Positions 9,004 to 17,998 of a stretch of 64,000 nt of DNA are shown one piece after another; the stretch's first letter is position 1; every line of letters begins with the position of its first letter. The translations under genes were made by a program, and so were the position numbers. The notes below the pieces were generated by a model. The model was not told where the DNA came from, ran no database searches, and saw only the letters and a list, made by a program, of their open reading frames with translations. The stretch comes from an uncultured Ignavibacteriales bacterium (lineage in GTDB: Bacteria; Bacteroidota; Ignavibacteria; Tepidaquicellales; OLB5), in contig CAZMRG010000001.1 in NCBI GenBank assembly GCA_964568655.1, forward strand, positions 2,815-66,814. Direction: 5' to 3'.

Positions 9004-10617
9004 TTAAGCGCGGGACTTTTTTAAATGTACAAATCCAAAGAAATTTAACCAAAAATTTACGGTTAATAAAACCAGCAGGGCTATTATACTTTGAAAGACG
9101 CTTTGGTAAACGTATAGCTGGATAAACACAATTCCGGCTCCGAATATAAGCGGATAAAACATTCCTGATAACTTTTGAATTGAATTAAGAAACGTATTTT
9201 CTTTTGTGAACGGAAGCGCACGGCTCACAATATTAAAAACGGAGTTGTATAAATTTGCCGAAGCGAATATAAATAAAGCAGCCAGAGCTGCCTGCCACAG
9301 CGGCATCCTGAAAGCGAAAATAGCTCCGATAATAATACACACGGGCAGGATAAGGTACACAGTGAAAAATTTTCTTACGCCATTTTTAAAACGTTTTTTT
9401 CCGCCAAGGGGATATGATTCATATACCCATGATGCTCCGGGATGATTTGTAATTTTCATACCCAGTACCGCTGTGTTCAGAACTACAAGAACAGAGAGCA
9501 TTATGGATATGTGAAATACCGGCCTCAAAACGAAAAAACCGGATTCAAACGGCGGAGGGAGCTGGTTTGTCAAAAGCGCAAATATGGCTAATCCCCCGGG
9601 AATAATGATCATCGGGATTATGTTAAGTTTCATGGCTTTATCCTGCCTGAACATACTTTTCATTAATCCAAAAGATGAGCGTTCCGCTCTGTTTCTAAGG
9701 TAGACTGATTCTATTAATCCGCCAAAAGCGCCGCTCCCCTGTCTTTCATATCCGGCTAATCCGGAGCCGGGCGAGTAACCTGCGTAAAAAATCTTTTCTT
9801 TGATAACATCCAGATTCTCTTCAAGGTACATCCTGAGGCTTAAATAGCTCAGGTAAAATATCACCAGCGGGAGAGATATCTTAAACAATAAGGCAATTCC
9901 AAATTCGTACTGAATTCTTGCAGATAAAAAAGCATACCATGACTGCGGGAAAAAATCTGTCAGGTTTTTCTTCTCGAGAAGATGCAGGTAATTAACCGAG
10001 CCGGAGCCCGGCCTGCCTGATATACCATACGAGACGAGCTGGTAACCGATTATCAACAATAATACCAGAAGTAACTGGAAAAACAGCGTGTATACGCTCA
10101 GGCGTTTTGTTTTGAGAATTCTTAAAGCTATGCTGTAAACAAGCAGGAGTATATTAACTGTAAAAAAACACATCATGTATCCTGCAATAATATACATAAT
10201 TGAACGCGGAACCGATCTCATCATCGTATAGTAGAACACTGCGCCGGGAGCAAACAGCGGAATTGTTAGAATAAAAATGTACCTGTTCAGCATATACATT
10301 TTCGCCCTTGCAACCAGCCTGCCCGAAACAGGCATCGCGCTGAATATATCCGACTCATTTTTAGACACAATCAGGTTATCAAGCTCGCTGGATATAGTGA
10401 AAGAGATAATTAACGAATAAAACAAATAAGTAAGAAAAGTATATTCAAAACCGGTTGGGTCGGTATTTTGCTTAACCAGCAGCAAAGGCAGAAAACATCC
10501 CGGAATAAGATAAGTTATCATAAGAAAAACTATCTTCTTTCCCGTGCCTGCGCGGCCCCTGGTTTCAAGCTTAAGCAAAAGCTTGCCCATGGTCTTTACT
10601 TTTCTGAAGTCAATCAT
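9004..10617 (-). CDS. Polytopic inner-membrane protein, function unknown
   Basis: 537 aa with roughly 10-12 hydrophobic helices and no catalytic motif that I recognise. It starts 13 bp downstream of mltG and ends 79 bp upstream of the 900-aa gene, on the same strand. Confidence 0.6.
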   Translation of the reverse strand: MIDFRKVKTMGKLLLKLETRGRAGTGKKIVFLMITYLIPGCFLPLLLVKQNTDPTGFEYTFLTYLFYSLIISFTISSELDNLIVSKNESDIFSAMPVSGRLVARAKMYMLNRYIFILTIPLFAPGAVFYYTMMRSVPRSIMYIIAGYMMCFFTVNILLLVYSIALRILKTKRLSVYTLFFQLLLVLLLIIGYQLVSYGISGRPGSGSVNYLHLLEKKNLTDFFPQSWYAFLSARIQYEFGIALLFKISLPLVIFYLSYLSLRMYLEENLDVIKEKIFYAGYSPGSGLAGYERQGSGAFGGLIESVYLRNRAERSSFGLMKSMFRQDKAMKLNIIPMIIIPGGLAIFALLTNQLPPPFESGFFVLRPVFHISIMLSVLVVLNTAVLGMKITNHPGASWVYESYPLGGKKRFKNGVRKFFTVYLILPVCIIIGAIFAFRMPLWQAALAALFIFASANLYNSVFNIVSRALPFTKENTFLNSIQKLSGMFYPLIFGAGIVFIQLYVYQSVFQSIIALLVLLTVNFWLNFFGFVHLKKSRA

Positions 10618-10630
10618 GATCTTATAATTC

Positions 10631-11695
10631 TCACTTATTCTTTTCTTCTTCCTGTTTCTTCTCTTCGTCCTGCTTTTTCTTTTCTTCCAGGTATTTCTTA
10701 TATTCTATTATATTTTTTTTATGCTGTTCATAGTTTTCAGCATAGCGGTGGGAACCATCGCCTTTTGCGACAAAGTAAATATAATTATTATCCTCCGGGT
10801 ATAACGCGGCCATAATTGAACCTAAACCCGGGCTGTTTATCGGTCCCGGCGGCAACCCTCTGTTCAGGTAAGTATTATAGGGCGATGGAAATTTCAGATC
10901 GCTGTACATCAACTGTCTTTTTGGCCCGTTTGGCAGGGCAAACTGCACAGTTGGGTCGGCTTCAAGCCTCATGCCTTTTTTAATCCTGTTATAATATACG
11001 CCTGCAATTGTTTTTTTCTCCGGTTCATAGCGCGTTTCGCCTTCAATTATCGAAGCCATTGTGATGAGATCTTTTAGCGACATTTTTCTGTTCGACATTT
11101 CATCTGTCATTTCAGCGGTTATTTTCTTCCTGAATTCAGCCGCCATCACTCTCACAACCTCCTGTTCACGGTTTCCGTTTGCGCTGTACGAGATCTGGTA
11201 TGTTTCAGGGAAAAGAAATCCCTCAAGATTATCCGCTTTAACTCCAAGCAGGCTTATTAAACTGTCGTTATATGTTTCCCTTACAAACCGCGCCGAATCC
11301 ATTCCATACAGCCGCTGAAGCAGCCTGCCTGTTTGCCGCACGTTCATTCCCTCAGGAATGGTTATTGTATATGTCCTTAAAAGGTTCCCGTCGGTTATGG
11401 TTTTGAGCACACTCAGATTTGTCAGCCCGTTATCGAATTTATATTCGCCGGGAATAATTTCTTCCTGGTAGCCAAGCAGCTTTCCCGCGATAATGAAGAG
11501 ATATTTGTTAAATATCACCTGGCTTGCTTCAAGCTTTCCGGCAACGGACCGCAAATTATCGCCTTTTACTATCTTAACCACCGCATCTTCGCCAGTATTG
11601 CGGTATATCCTGGTCCAAAATGTAAGATACAGCAAAAGGAAAATAAAAAACGACGTGAAAAATACGGAAGGGAAAACTAAACGCTGTATCCTCAT
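10631..11695 (-). CDS. mltG: Endolytic murein transglycosylase MltG (YceG-like)
   Basis: 354 aa with an N-terminal TM anchor. YceG motifs: ITIPEGMNVRQ, ASIIEGETRYEPEKKTIAGVYYNRIKKGMRLEADPTVQFAL, SPYNTYLNRGLPPGPINSPG. It has an unusual K/E-rich C-terminal tail (EEKKKQDEEKKQEEEKNK). Confidence 0.9.
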   Translation of the reverse strand: MRIQRLVFPSVFFTSFFIFLLLYLTFWTRIYRNTGEDAVVKIVKGDNLRSVAGKLEASQVIFNKYLFIIAGKLLGYQEEIIPGEYKFDNGLTNLSVLKTITDGNLLRTYTITIPEGMNVRQTGRLLQRLYGMDSARFVRETYNDSLISLLGVKADNLEGFLFPETYQISYSANGNREQEVVRVMAAEFRKKITAEMTDEMSNRKMSLKDLITMASIIEGETRYEPEKKTIAGVYYNRIKKGMRLEADPTVQFALPNGPKRQLMYSDLKFPSPYNTYLNRGLPPGPINSPGLGSIMAALYPEDNNYIYFVAKGDGSHRYAENYEQHKKNIIEYKKYLEEKKKQDEEKKQEEEKNK

Positions 11696-11812
11696 CAGTA
11701 ATTACAGCCTATAATTATCACAGAAAACAATGATTTCAAATTGTTATCGTAAGACGAAAATGTTAATGAATGGAGCTAATTTAAGCGTTAATTAATTTAT
11801 GTAAAAGATATA

Positions 11813-13111
11813 TTATTTTGACAATGTCATCTTCATGGTTTTGGAGAAAACAGAGGAACCTGATTGTTTTGATCCGCTCACCAGAAGCCTGCAAAAATAC
11901 GTCCCGCTGCTGAATCCTGAGGCATCCCAATTGATTTCATATGTGCCGGCCCTGAGGTCCTGGTTAACCAGTGTAGCAGTTTCTTCGCCTAGTTCGTTAT
12001 AAATTTTCAAAACAACATTTTGGTTTGCCGATGAAGCTGACCGAAGGTCAAAACGTATTTTTGTTACAGGATTAAACGGATTGGGATAGTTTTGATGCAG
12101 ACTGTAATCAGTTGGCATTGTGTTGGAAATGGGTTCAATCCCAACAAGCGGCACATAAAAATAAACAGACCAAAGCCGCTCAACAGTATTAGAAATTTGT
12201 GCAAACCAGTTTTGCCCGCCATCCGTTGACTTATATAATACAGACCCATTATACCCGCCAACAACCCACCCGGTATGCAAATCTATAAAATCTACTGTTT
12301 CGAGCCTTGTAGATGTCCCTATTGTGCCTGCGGACCACGTATTGCCGGCGTCGGTTGTTAAGCGGAGCGTACCCAGATCAGCCGCAATCCATCCATAAAC
12401 GCCAATGAAAAATATAGAAAATATGTGCTGTGTTGTGCCGCTTGTGACTCCAACCCAGTTAGCGCCCTGGTTAGTTGTTTTTTGGATCGCGCCCGCTGAC
12501 CCCGCTATAAAACCTGTTTGTTGTGAAAGAAAATATGCGGTAAAAAGATTTGACGTTGTTCCGCTGTTTATTACGGACCAAGTATTGCCCCCGTCAGTTG
12601 TTTTTAGCAGCATACCGCTCCAGCCCGTTATCCAGCCATTTAATGAATCTGAAAATACTATAGTTTCGAGAGTAATACTTGTCAGTCCTGAATCAATTGA
12701 ACGCCAGTTAGCGCCGGCATTGGTTGTTTTTAAAATTGTGCCGTGATCGCCAATCAAAAAACCTGTAAGTGAATTTAAAAAACTCACTCCGGTATACCAC
12801 ATGTTGGTTATCCCTGTTGATTGTTCTATCCATGTTTCTCCGGTATTGGTAGTCTTTAATAATACTCCTGCTCCGCCGCCTTCTGTTCCGCCCGCTACCC
12901 AGCCTGTATTCTCGTTAATAAAGCAAGAATTCCATAATCCAAGCGATGTGCCGGAAGGTTTTTGAATCCAGTTGGCGCCGCCATTTGTGGTTTTAAGCAG
13001 TGTGCCGTGATCCCCAAACACAAATCCTGTTTGAGAAAAAGATATATTATATGTTAATGAAATTATTATAAGAAAGGAAAGTGATCTTGTTCTAACAGCA
13101 TGTAAGTTCAT
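11813..13111 (-). CDS. Secreted BNR/Ycf48-like beta-propeller repeat protein with T9SS type-A C-terminal domain
   Basis: It carries repeated blade motifs (LLKTTNGGANW, LLKTTNTGETW, ILKTTNAGANW, LLKTTDGGNTW, IQKTTNQGANW, RLTTDAGNTW, YKSTDGGQNW). The C-terminus is QNYPNPFNPVTKIRF...MTLSK. The track start is TTG at 13141. I prefer the ATG at 13111, which is preceded by GGAGG and followed by a signal peptide MNLHAVRTRSLSFLIIISLTYNISFSQ. Confidence 0.8.
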   Translation of the reverse strand: MNLHAVRTRSLSFLIIISLTYNISFSQTGFVFGDHGTLLKTTNGGANWIQKPSGTSLGLWNSCFINENTGWVAGGTEGGGAGVLLKTTNTGETWIEQSTGITNMWYTGVSFLNSLTGFLIGDHGTILKTTNAGANWRSIDSGLTSITLETIVFSDSLNGWITGWSGMLLKTTDGGNTWSVINSGTTSNLFTAYFLSQQTGFIAGSAGAIQKTTNQGANWVGVTSGTTQHIFSIFFIGVYGWIAADLGTLRLTTDAGNTWSAGTIGTSTRLETVDFIDLHTGWVVGGYNGSVLYKSTDGGQNWFAQISNTVERLWSVYFYVPLVGIEPISNTMPTDYSLHQNYPNPFNPVTKIRFDLRSASSANQNVVLKIYNELGEETATLVNQDLRAGTYEINWDASGFSSGTYFCRLLVSGSKQSGSSVFSKTMKMTLSK

Positions 13112-13298
13112 AAGAGGCCTCCAATAATTTATCCTGTTCAAATATACTTAACGGTTTCAGGGTTTTCAATCTATTAGCTTTAAAGCTTTTTAGCAGGTTA
13201 AACTTAAGAATTTTTGAGCATAGAATAAGATTTCAAGGATAACTATATTTAAAAATTCCAAAATAAGATATTTTACAATCTAGAATCTTTCAGAATAA

Positions 13299-15650
13299 TT
13301 GAAGTTGAATTTCCAGCTAAAAGACTCAAAAACACAATACATTTTTGCCGCTTTACTCATTTTTTTTGCCGTTTTCCTTTTGTTCCATGACCTGTTTTTC
13401 GGAAAGATCATCGCGACAAATGACGTAAGCACAAGCGACCTGCTCTATTTTTATCTGCCCGTAAAAAAACTTTATGCCGATGCGCTCAGAAACGGCGAGC
13501 TGCTGCAATGGACCCCAATGATATACGGCGGTTTCCCGGTTTTTGCCGAGAGCCAGGGCGGTTTCCTTTATCCTCTGAATCTTGTTATCTGGTATTTGTT
13601 ATCACCCGTGACCGCCATGAATTTTTACATAATATTCCATGCTCTATTGATGGGCGCAGGGGTTTATCTTCTGGTATCAAACATTACCAAAAATAAACTT
13701 GTATCGATCCCCGCAGCAATGGCGGCATCAGTTTGCGGTTCAATACTTGTTGGGCATACAAGGCACATGAACTCGTTAACGGCAATAGTTTATTTGCCAA
13801 TGCTGATTTACATAGTAGAATTATTCCTGAAAACGCGGAAAATTTCATGGGGTTTAGTTTTTGGAATACTGCTCGGATTTTTAATTTTAGGAGGACATCC
13901 GCAGCACACTTTTATATCGGGTTTCTTTGCCATAGTTTATCTGTTTACAAGGCTGCTCACCGATAAGAGATCCGGCCCAAAAATTTCAGCAAAGGAAAAC
14001 TCATATAAGATCGCAGGATTCTTAGCGCTGGCGCTTGTTATATGTTTAGTAGTTGGTATAGCCCAGATAAACAGCACGCTTGAGATCCTGCCGTATACCG
14101 AAAGAGGGCAGAACCTTAGCGCTGAATTCACCGGGCAGGGGAGCCTGCCGTTCAACGGGTTCATGACTTTTATCTACCCGTATTATTTTGGTAATGCGGG
14201 CGATGATTCCTATCATTCGCGCGATATATATCTGTTCTGGGAATATTTTTATTACTGCGGCGTGATAATTTTCCTGCTTTCGATATACGGAGCAGTAAAA
14301 ATGTGGAAGCGCGCGGAGTTCCGTTCTTACATACGTACATTCGCAATAATCGCCCTTCTATCATATTTGCTGGCGCTTGGCGAGAATCTTGGACTGTATA
14401 AAATATTCCTGATGTTCCCGTTCACAAATTCATTCCGCTTTCCCGCAAGGTGGTTTGTGGGAACTGAGTTATCTATCCTTGTCCTTAGCGGTTTCGGCGT
14501 CCTGGCTTTGGTTGAGCGCTTTTCTGGTATCAGGAATCCTGCAGCTAAAAGCGGCAAAAAGCCTTTGCCTAAAGGAACGCCCAAGGCGCCTGCTCAGGTT
14601 ACAACAGAAAAGGCTTCGATCTCGGTTCAATATAAAACCGTTTTGGTAATTTCACTTCTTGCGGTTTTTGAAATTTTCATAGTAGCGGGCAGGCAGGTTA
14701 CAACGGCTGACGCGGCTGTATATTTGAATCCGCCGTCTTATGTTAATAAGATAGTTGAGACCAACAAACCGGTTTTATCGTCAAACCGATTTTTCTCGGT
14801 AGGCTGGAAAGATTATTTACTGGAAGCATTTGACCGGAGCAGGGGATGGGAAGGCAAACAGGATCTTTTTGGGCTAGGCGCAAAGCTGATCCCGCCGGAG
14901 CTGGGCGCTTACTGGGGAGCTCCAAGTATTGACGGGTATTTTCTGCTGGTGCCGAATTATATTTATGAAGTGTGGGCAAATTCAAACAACCCGGGAGTTA
15001 TGAGCAAAACAACCGGGCTTGATAAAGCGAATATATTTCATCCCGCGCCAAAGTTTAACAGGATGCTGAAGATGTTCAGCGTTAAGTATGTAGCCTCAGC
15101 GTGGCCGTTTTCACAGCCATATCAGCCCGCATGGGATAGCGCCGGCGTAAAGTTTTACGAGATGCCGGATACAGTGACTAAAACCTGGGTGGTTTCAAAA
15201 GTTCAGGCGTATCCAACCGCTGACGATAATTTTAACGCCAAAAGCCTTATTACAGATGATTTCGATCCGTGGAGCTTAGCTTACGTTAACGGTACGGCGC
15301 CAAATCTGCCGCCGGATTCAAGGAACGGCACGGCGGAAATACTTAAATATGATAACCATTCAGTGACGATTAAAGCAAACGCACCGGGATTTGTTGTATT
15401 GAACGATACCTGGTACCCCCGCTGGAAAGCATATATCGACGGGGCTGAAGTTCCCGTTTATAAAACCGACGTAATGATAAGGGGAGTAGTGGCTCCTAAA
15501 GCCGGAACAATAATTGAAATGAAATTTGATAAAGGAAATGTCTTTATCTTATCAATAATATCGTACCTTACTGTTTTGCTTTCAGCCGGGTATTTATTTT
15601 TTGAAAAGAAGAGGGATAAATCAAAAATTAAAGAATCAAAAACATCATGA
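13299..15650 (+). CDS. YfhO-family membrane protein (GT-C-like glycosyltransferase family)
   Basis: 783 aa with a TTG start. The N-terminal half has many TM helices and a YfhO-like segment DLLYFYLPVKKLYADALRNGELLQWTPMIYGGFPVFAESQGGFLYPLNL. A large extracytoplasmic C-terminal domain is followed by a terminal TM helix. Confidence 0.7.
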   Translation: MKLNFQLKDSKTQYIFAALLIFFAVFLLFHDLFFGKIIATNDVSTSDLLYFYLPVKKLYADALRNGELLQWTPMIYGGFPVFAESQGGFLYPLNLVIWYLLSPVTAMNFYIIFHALLMGAGVYLLVSNITKNKLVSIPAAMAASVCGSILVGHTRHMNSLTAIVYLPMLIYIVELFLKTRKISWGLVFGILLGFLILGGHPQHTFISGFFAIVYLFTRLLTDKRSGPKISAKENSYKIAGFLALALVICLVVGIAQINSTLEILPYTERGQNLSAEFTGQGSLPFNGFMTFIYPYYFGNAGDDSYHSRDIYLFWEYFYYCGVIIFLLSIYGAVKMWKRAEFRSYIRTFAIIALLSYLLALGENLGLYKIFLMFPFTNSFRFPARWFVGTELSILVLSGFGVLALVERFSGIRNPAAKSGKKPLPKGTPKAPAQVTTEKASISVQYKTVLVISLLAVFEIFIVAGRQVTTADAAVYLNPPSYVNKIVETNKPVLSSNRFFSVGWKDYLLEAFDRSRGWEGKQDLFGLGAKLIPPELGAYWGAPSIDGYFLLVPNYIYEVWANSNNPGVMSKTTGLDKANIFHPAPKFNRMLKMFSVKYVASAWPFSQPYQPAWDSAGVKFYEMPDTVTKTWVVSKVQAYPTADDNFNAKSLITDDFDPWSLAYVNGTAPNLPPDSRNGTAEILKYDNHSVTIKANAPGFVVLNDTWYPRWKAYIDGAEVPVYKTDVMIRGVVAPKAGTIIEMKFDKGNVFILSIISYLTVLLSAGYLFFEKKRDKSKIKESKTS

Positions 15651-15979
15651 AGAATCATCAGATAATGGCAATAAATGCCTGGATATTAATTATAATCGGG
15701 CTGCTGGGTTTTATTTTTTCAGGTAGTACAACTGCATTGATTTCGGACGGCATTGGCTTAGTTTTACTTCTGCTTTCATTTCCAACAAAAAAGGAAAACG
15801 CGCTTGCGGCGCACATAGGCGTACTTGTAACGTTAGCGGCCGCAATAACTTTTTGGGCGGTTGCATTCCGCAGGCCGGCGCACTGGCCCGTGATAATCAT
15901 GGGAGCGCTGACCAGTATTGCTTTTGTTTTATACATAATGAGTTTTATTACAAGGAAGAAAGAACGGGAAGCAAAGTAA
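15647..15979 (+). CDS. Small 4-TM membrane protein, unknown function
   Basis: 110 aa with four hydrophobic helices. Its ATG overlaps the yfhO-like stop (ATGA), which suggests translational coupling. Confidence 0.55.
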   Translation: MKNHQIMAINAWILIIIGLLGFIFSGSTTALISDGIGLVLLLLSFPTKKENALAAHIGVLVTLAAAITFWAVAFRRPAHWPVIIMGALTSIAFVLYIMSFITRKKEREAK

Positions 15980-16051
15980 CTCCGAGCACCCTCCGGAAGC
16001 GGCAAAAAGTGTAATATTAAAATTATAATTTGCAGAGCCAAGCTCCGCATC

Positions 16052-16070
16052 CCTGCCTGCTGCAGGCAGG
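16052..16070. repeat. 19-nt palindromic (REP-like) element CCTGCCTGCTGCAGGCAGG
   Basis: Perfect 9-bp arms around a central base, located in a convergent intergenic region. A 17/19 identical copy is at 49746-49764. Confidence 0.7.
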
Positions 16071-16114
16071 CGAGTGGCCTTCCAAAGGCGGGCAAGCTGC
16101 TCGGATTTACGGCA

Positions 16115-16148
16115 TAAAAAAAGGCAGAACAATAGTTCTGCCTTTTGA
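16115..16148. terminator. Bidirectional rho-independent terminator
   Basis: A-run, then AAGGCAGAAC-AATA-GTTCTGCCTT (10-bp stem), then TTTT. It sits between convergent genes ending at 15979 (+) and 16166 (-). Confidence 0.75.
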
Positions 16149-16165
16149 ATTTTCGTTTATGAGAA

Positions 16166-17806
16166 CTATTTAATAAGCACCATTTTTTTGGTATCAGTGT
16201 AATTCTCAGTTCTTATCCTGTACAAATAAACTCCGCTGTTCAGGTTGCTTGCATCAAAACTAATGGAATAGTTGCCGGCTCTTTCGAATTTATTAACTAG
16301 CGTTGCAACTTCGCGTCCCAGAACGTCAAATATCGTAATATTTACCATTCCTTCTTTACCTACCGAATAATCAATTTGCGTTGTTGGGTTAAATGGATTG
16401 GGATAATTCTGTTTCAACGAAAATGATGTAGGTGTTGAATTATTTTGATGAATCCCCAGCGGCGAATCTGTAGTATCAATAAAAATATTATATGCTTCAC
16501 CGCCGTATCCAAATCCGGCTCTTGCAGGCACTTTCTTTCCGCTTGCCATGACAGTTGAGCCATCATCGGAAACACTGACCCAAAAAAGTGAACCAGGCGT
16601 GTTTAGTGTATATATCGGCGCATTACCTGCTGAGATCTTAAAAACTAATAAATCCGGCACTGTGTTGTTATTATCCCCATAAGTTACAGCTCCGAGCACG
16701 TTGCCGTTCTTAGAAAATGAAACAGATACAACAGCATCACCCACCCCCGAATAAGTCCATACAGGCGTGCTGCCGTTTGCAGTTCTGAAGAAACGCACTC
16801 TGCCATCAAAAGAGGAACCTGTAACAAAATCAAGTGTACCAGCTGCAATCATGCTTCCGTCATTGGAAACATCAACAGAATACATCCAGTTGTAATATGT
16901 TCCGGGAGGTTCCTGAAATTGCCAAAGTAAATTATAAGTTGTTCCGTTCCATTGATAAACTTTCAGATAGCCTGAGTAATTAATAATAGCAATTATGTTT
17001 CCATTACCGCTAATTCCCTGCTGACTTTGTGTGCTGCCGGTTGTTCCGGAAAATACCAACTGTCCCGTATAAGTTTTGAATACAAAAAAACCACCATAAT
17101 TATTTACGATAACCAGTGAGTCATTCCTCGAAATCTTAATTCCATTTATTAAACTTCCGCCATTTACAATCTGACCTATTTTATATTTCCAAACGGGATG
17201 CGCTGAATCGCTGGAAAATGCATAAATAGCGCTTGTATCAGTCTGTCTTGAGGAACAAGCTATCATGAACTTGCCATTGCTTGTTAATGCAACCGGGCCG
17301 GCGGTATCGGTTCCAAGTGAATAATTAAAAAAAGGAGTATTATTGGCACGGTGAAACATATAAATATTATTATATGAGCCGCTTGCTATTACATCGCCCG
17401 TATCTGAAATAGCTACGTGATTATAATAGTTTGGGGATACAAACGTATTGAATTCCCAGAATGGTATATTATTTGTATTTCCAAAAAGCGAAACTCTTTC
17501 AGGCGAATTGAGATTCCATCCGATTACCTGGTATAACCCGTTTGCGCTTGTTTGGCAAAAATCAGCGATAGAATAGGTATCGAAAACCGGCCATCTCAGA
17601 ATTGACGCGTTTACTGATGAGCTTTGATATAAAACCCCTTTAGGGTTAAGTGCAACATTGCCCGGGATAATATTTTGATCTCCGGTAATAGTTTGTACCT
17701 GCGTGATTCCGTTTTGAGTTTTATATACATTTCTTGTCGTGGGTGCATTTATTTGGGATTGGAGAGTTGCGGATATTAACAAAAGAACTAGAAAAATCTT
17801 TTTCAT
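16166..17806 (-). CDS. T9SS-secreted beta-propeller-like protein, paralog A
   Basis: The track gives a TTG start at 17821. The ATG at 17806 gives MKKIFLVLLLISATLQSQ (a signal peptide) and 546 aa, the same length as paralog B. The C-terminus is QNYPNPFNPTTQIDY...YLYRIRTENYTDTKKMVLIK (T9SS type-A CTD). Confidence 0.8.
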   Translation of the reverse strand: MKKIFLVLLLISATLQSQINAPTTRNVYKTQNGITQVQTITGDQNIIPGNVALNPKGVLYQSSSVNASILRWPVFDTYSIADFCQTSANGLYQVIGWNLNSPERVSLFGNTNNIPFWEFNTFVSPNYYNHVAISDTGDVIASGSYNNIYMFHRANNTPFFNYSLGTDTAGPVALTSNGKFMIACSSRQTDTSAIYAFSSDSAHPVWKYKIGQIVNGGSLINGIKISRNDSLVIVNNYGGFFVFKTYTGQLVFSGTTGSTQSQQGISGNGNIIAIINYSGYLKVYQWNGTTYNLLWQFQEPPGTYYNWMYSVDVSNDGSMIAAGTLDFVTGSSFDGRVRFFRTANGSTPVWTYSGVGDAVVSVSFSKNGNVLGAVTYGDNNNTVPDLLVFKISAGNAPIYTLNTPGSLFWVSVSDDGSTVMASGKKVPARAGFGYGGEAYNIFIDTTDSPLGIHQNNSTPTSFSLKQNYPNPFNPTTQIDYSVGKEGMVNITIFDVLGREVATLVNKFERAGNYSISFDASNLNSGVYLYRIRTENYTDTKKMVLIK

Positions 17807-17921
17807 TTCATGCCTCAACAATTAAATTCTATATACAACACAAATTTTGCTGATTCTTTAATAAGTTACAATTCAGAATGCAGGAGAGGGTAGAGATTTA
17901 CATTTTGATACATTCAAACTC

Positions 17922-17952
17922 AAAAAAGGCGGAATCTAAATCCCGCCTTTTT
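17922..17952 (-). terminator. Rho-independent terminator between the two T9SS paralogs
   Basis: AAAAAAGGCGG-AATCTAAATC-CCGCCTTTTT: a GC stem flanked by A and T runs, located 50 bp past the stop of the 17999 gene. Confidence 0.65.
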
Positions 17953-17998
17953 AATAGTTTAACTAAGTTGAATCTCTTTGCTTGGAGATTTAAACTGA

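Noticed and set aside
15658-16132. 145-aa and 67-aa minus-strand ORFs
   Set aside because: They are antisense to the 110-aa membrane-protein gene and run through the REP-like palindrome and terminator, so they are unlikely to be coding.
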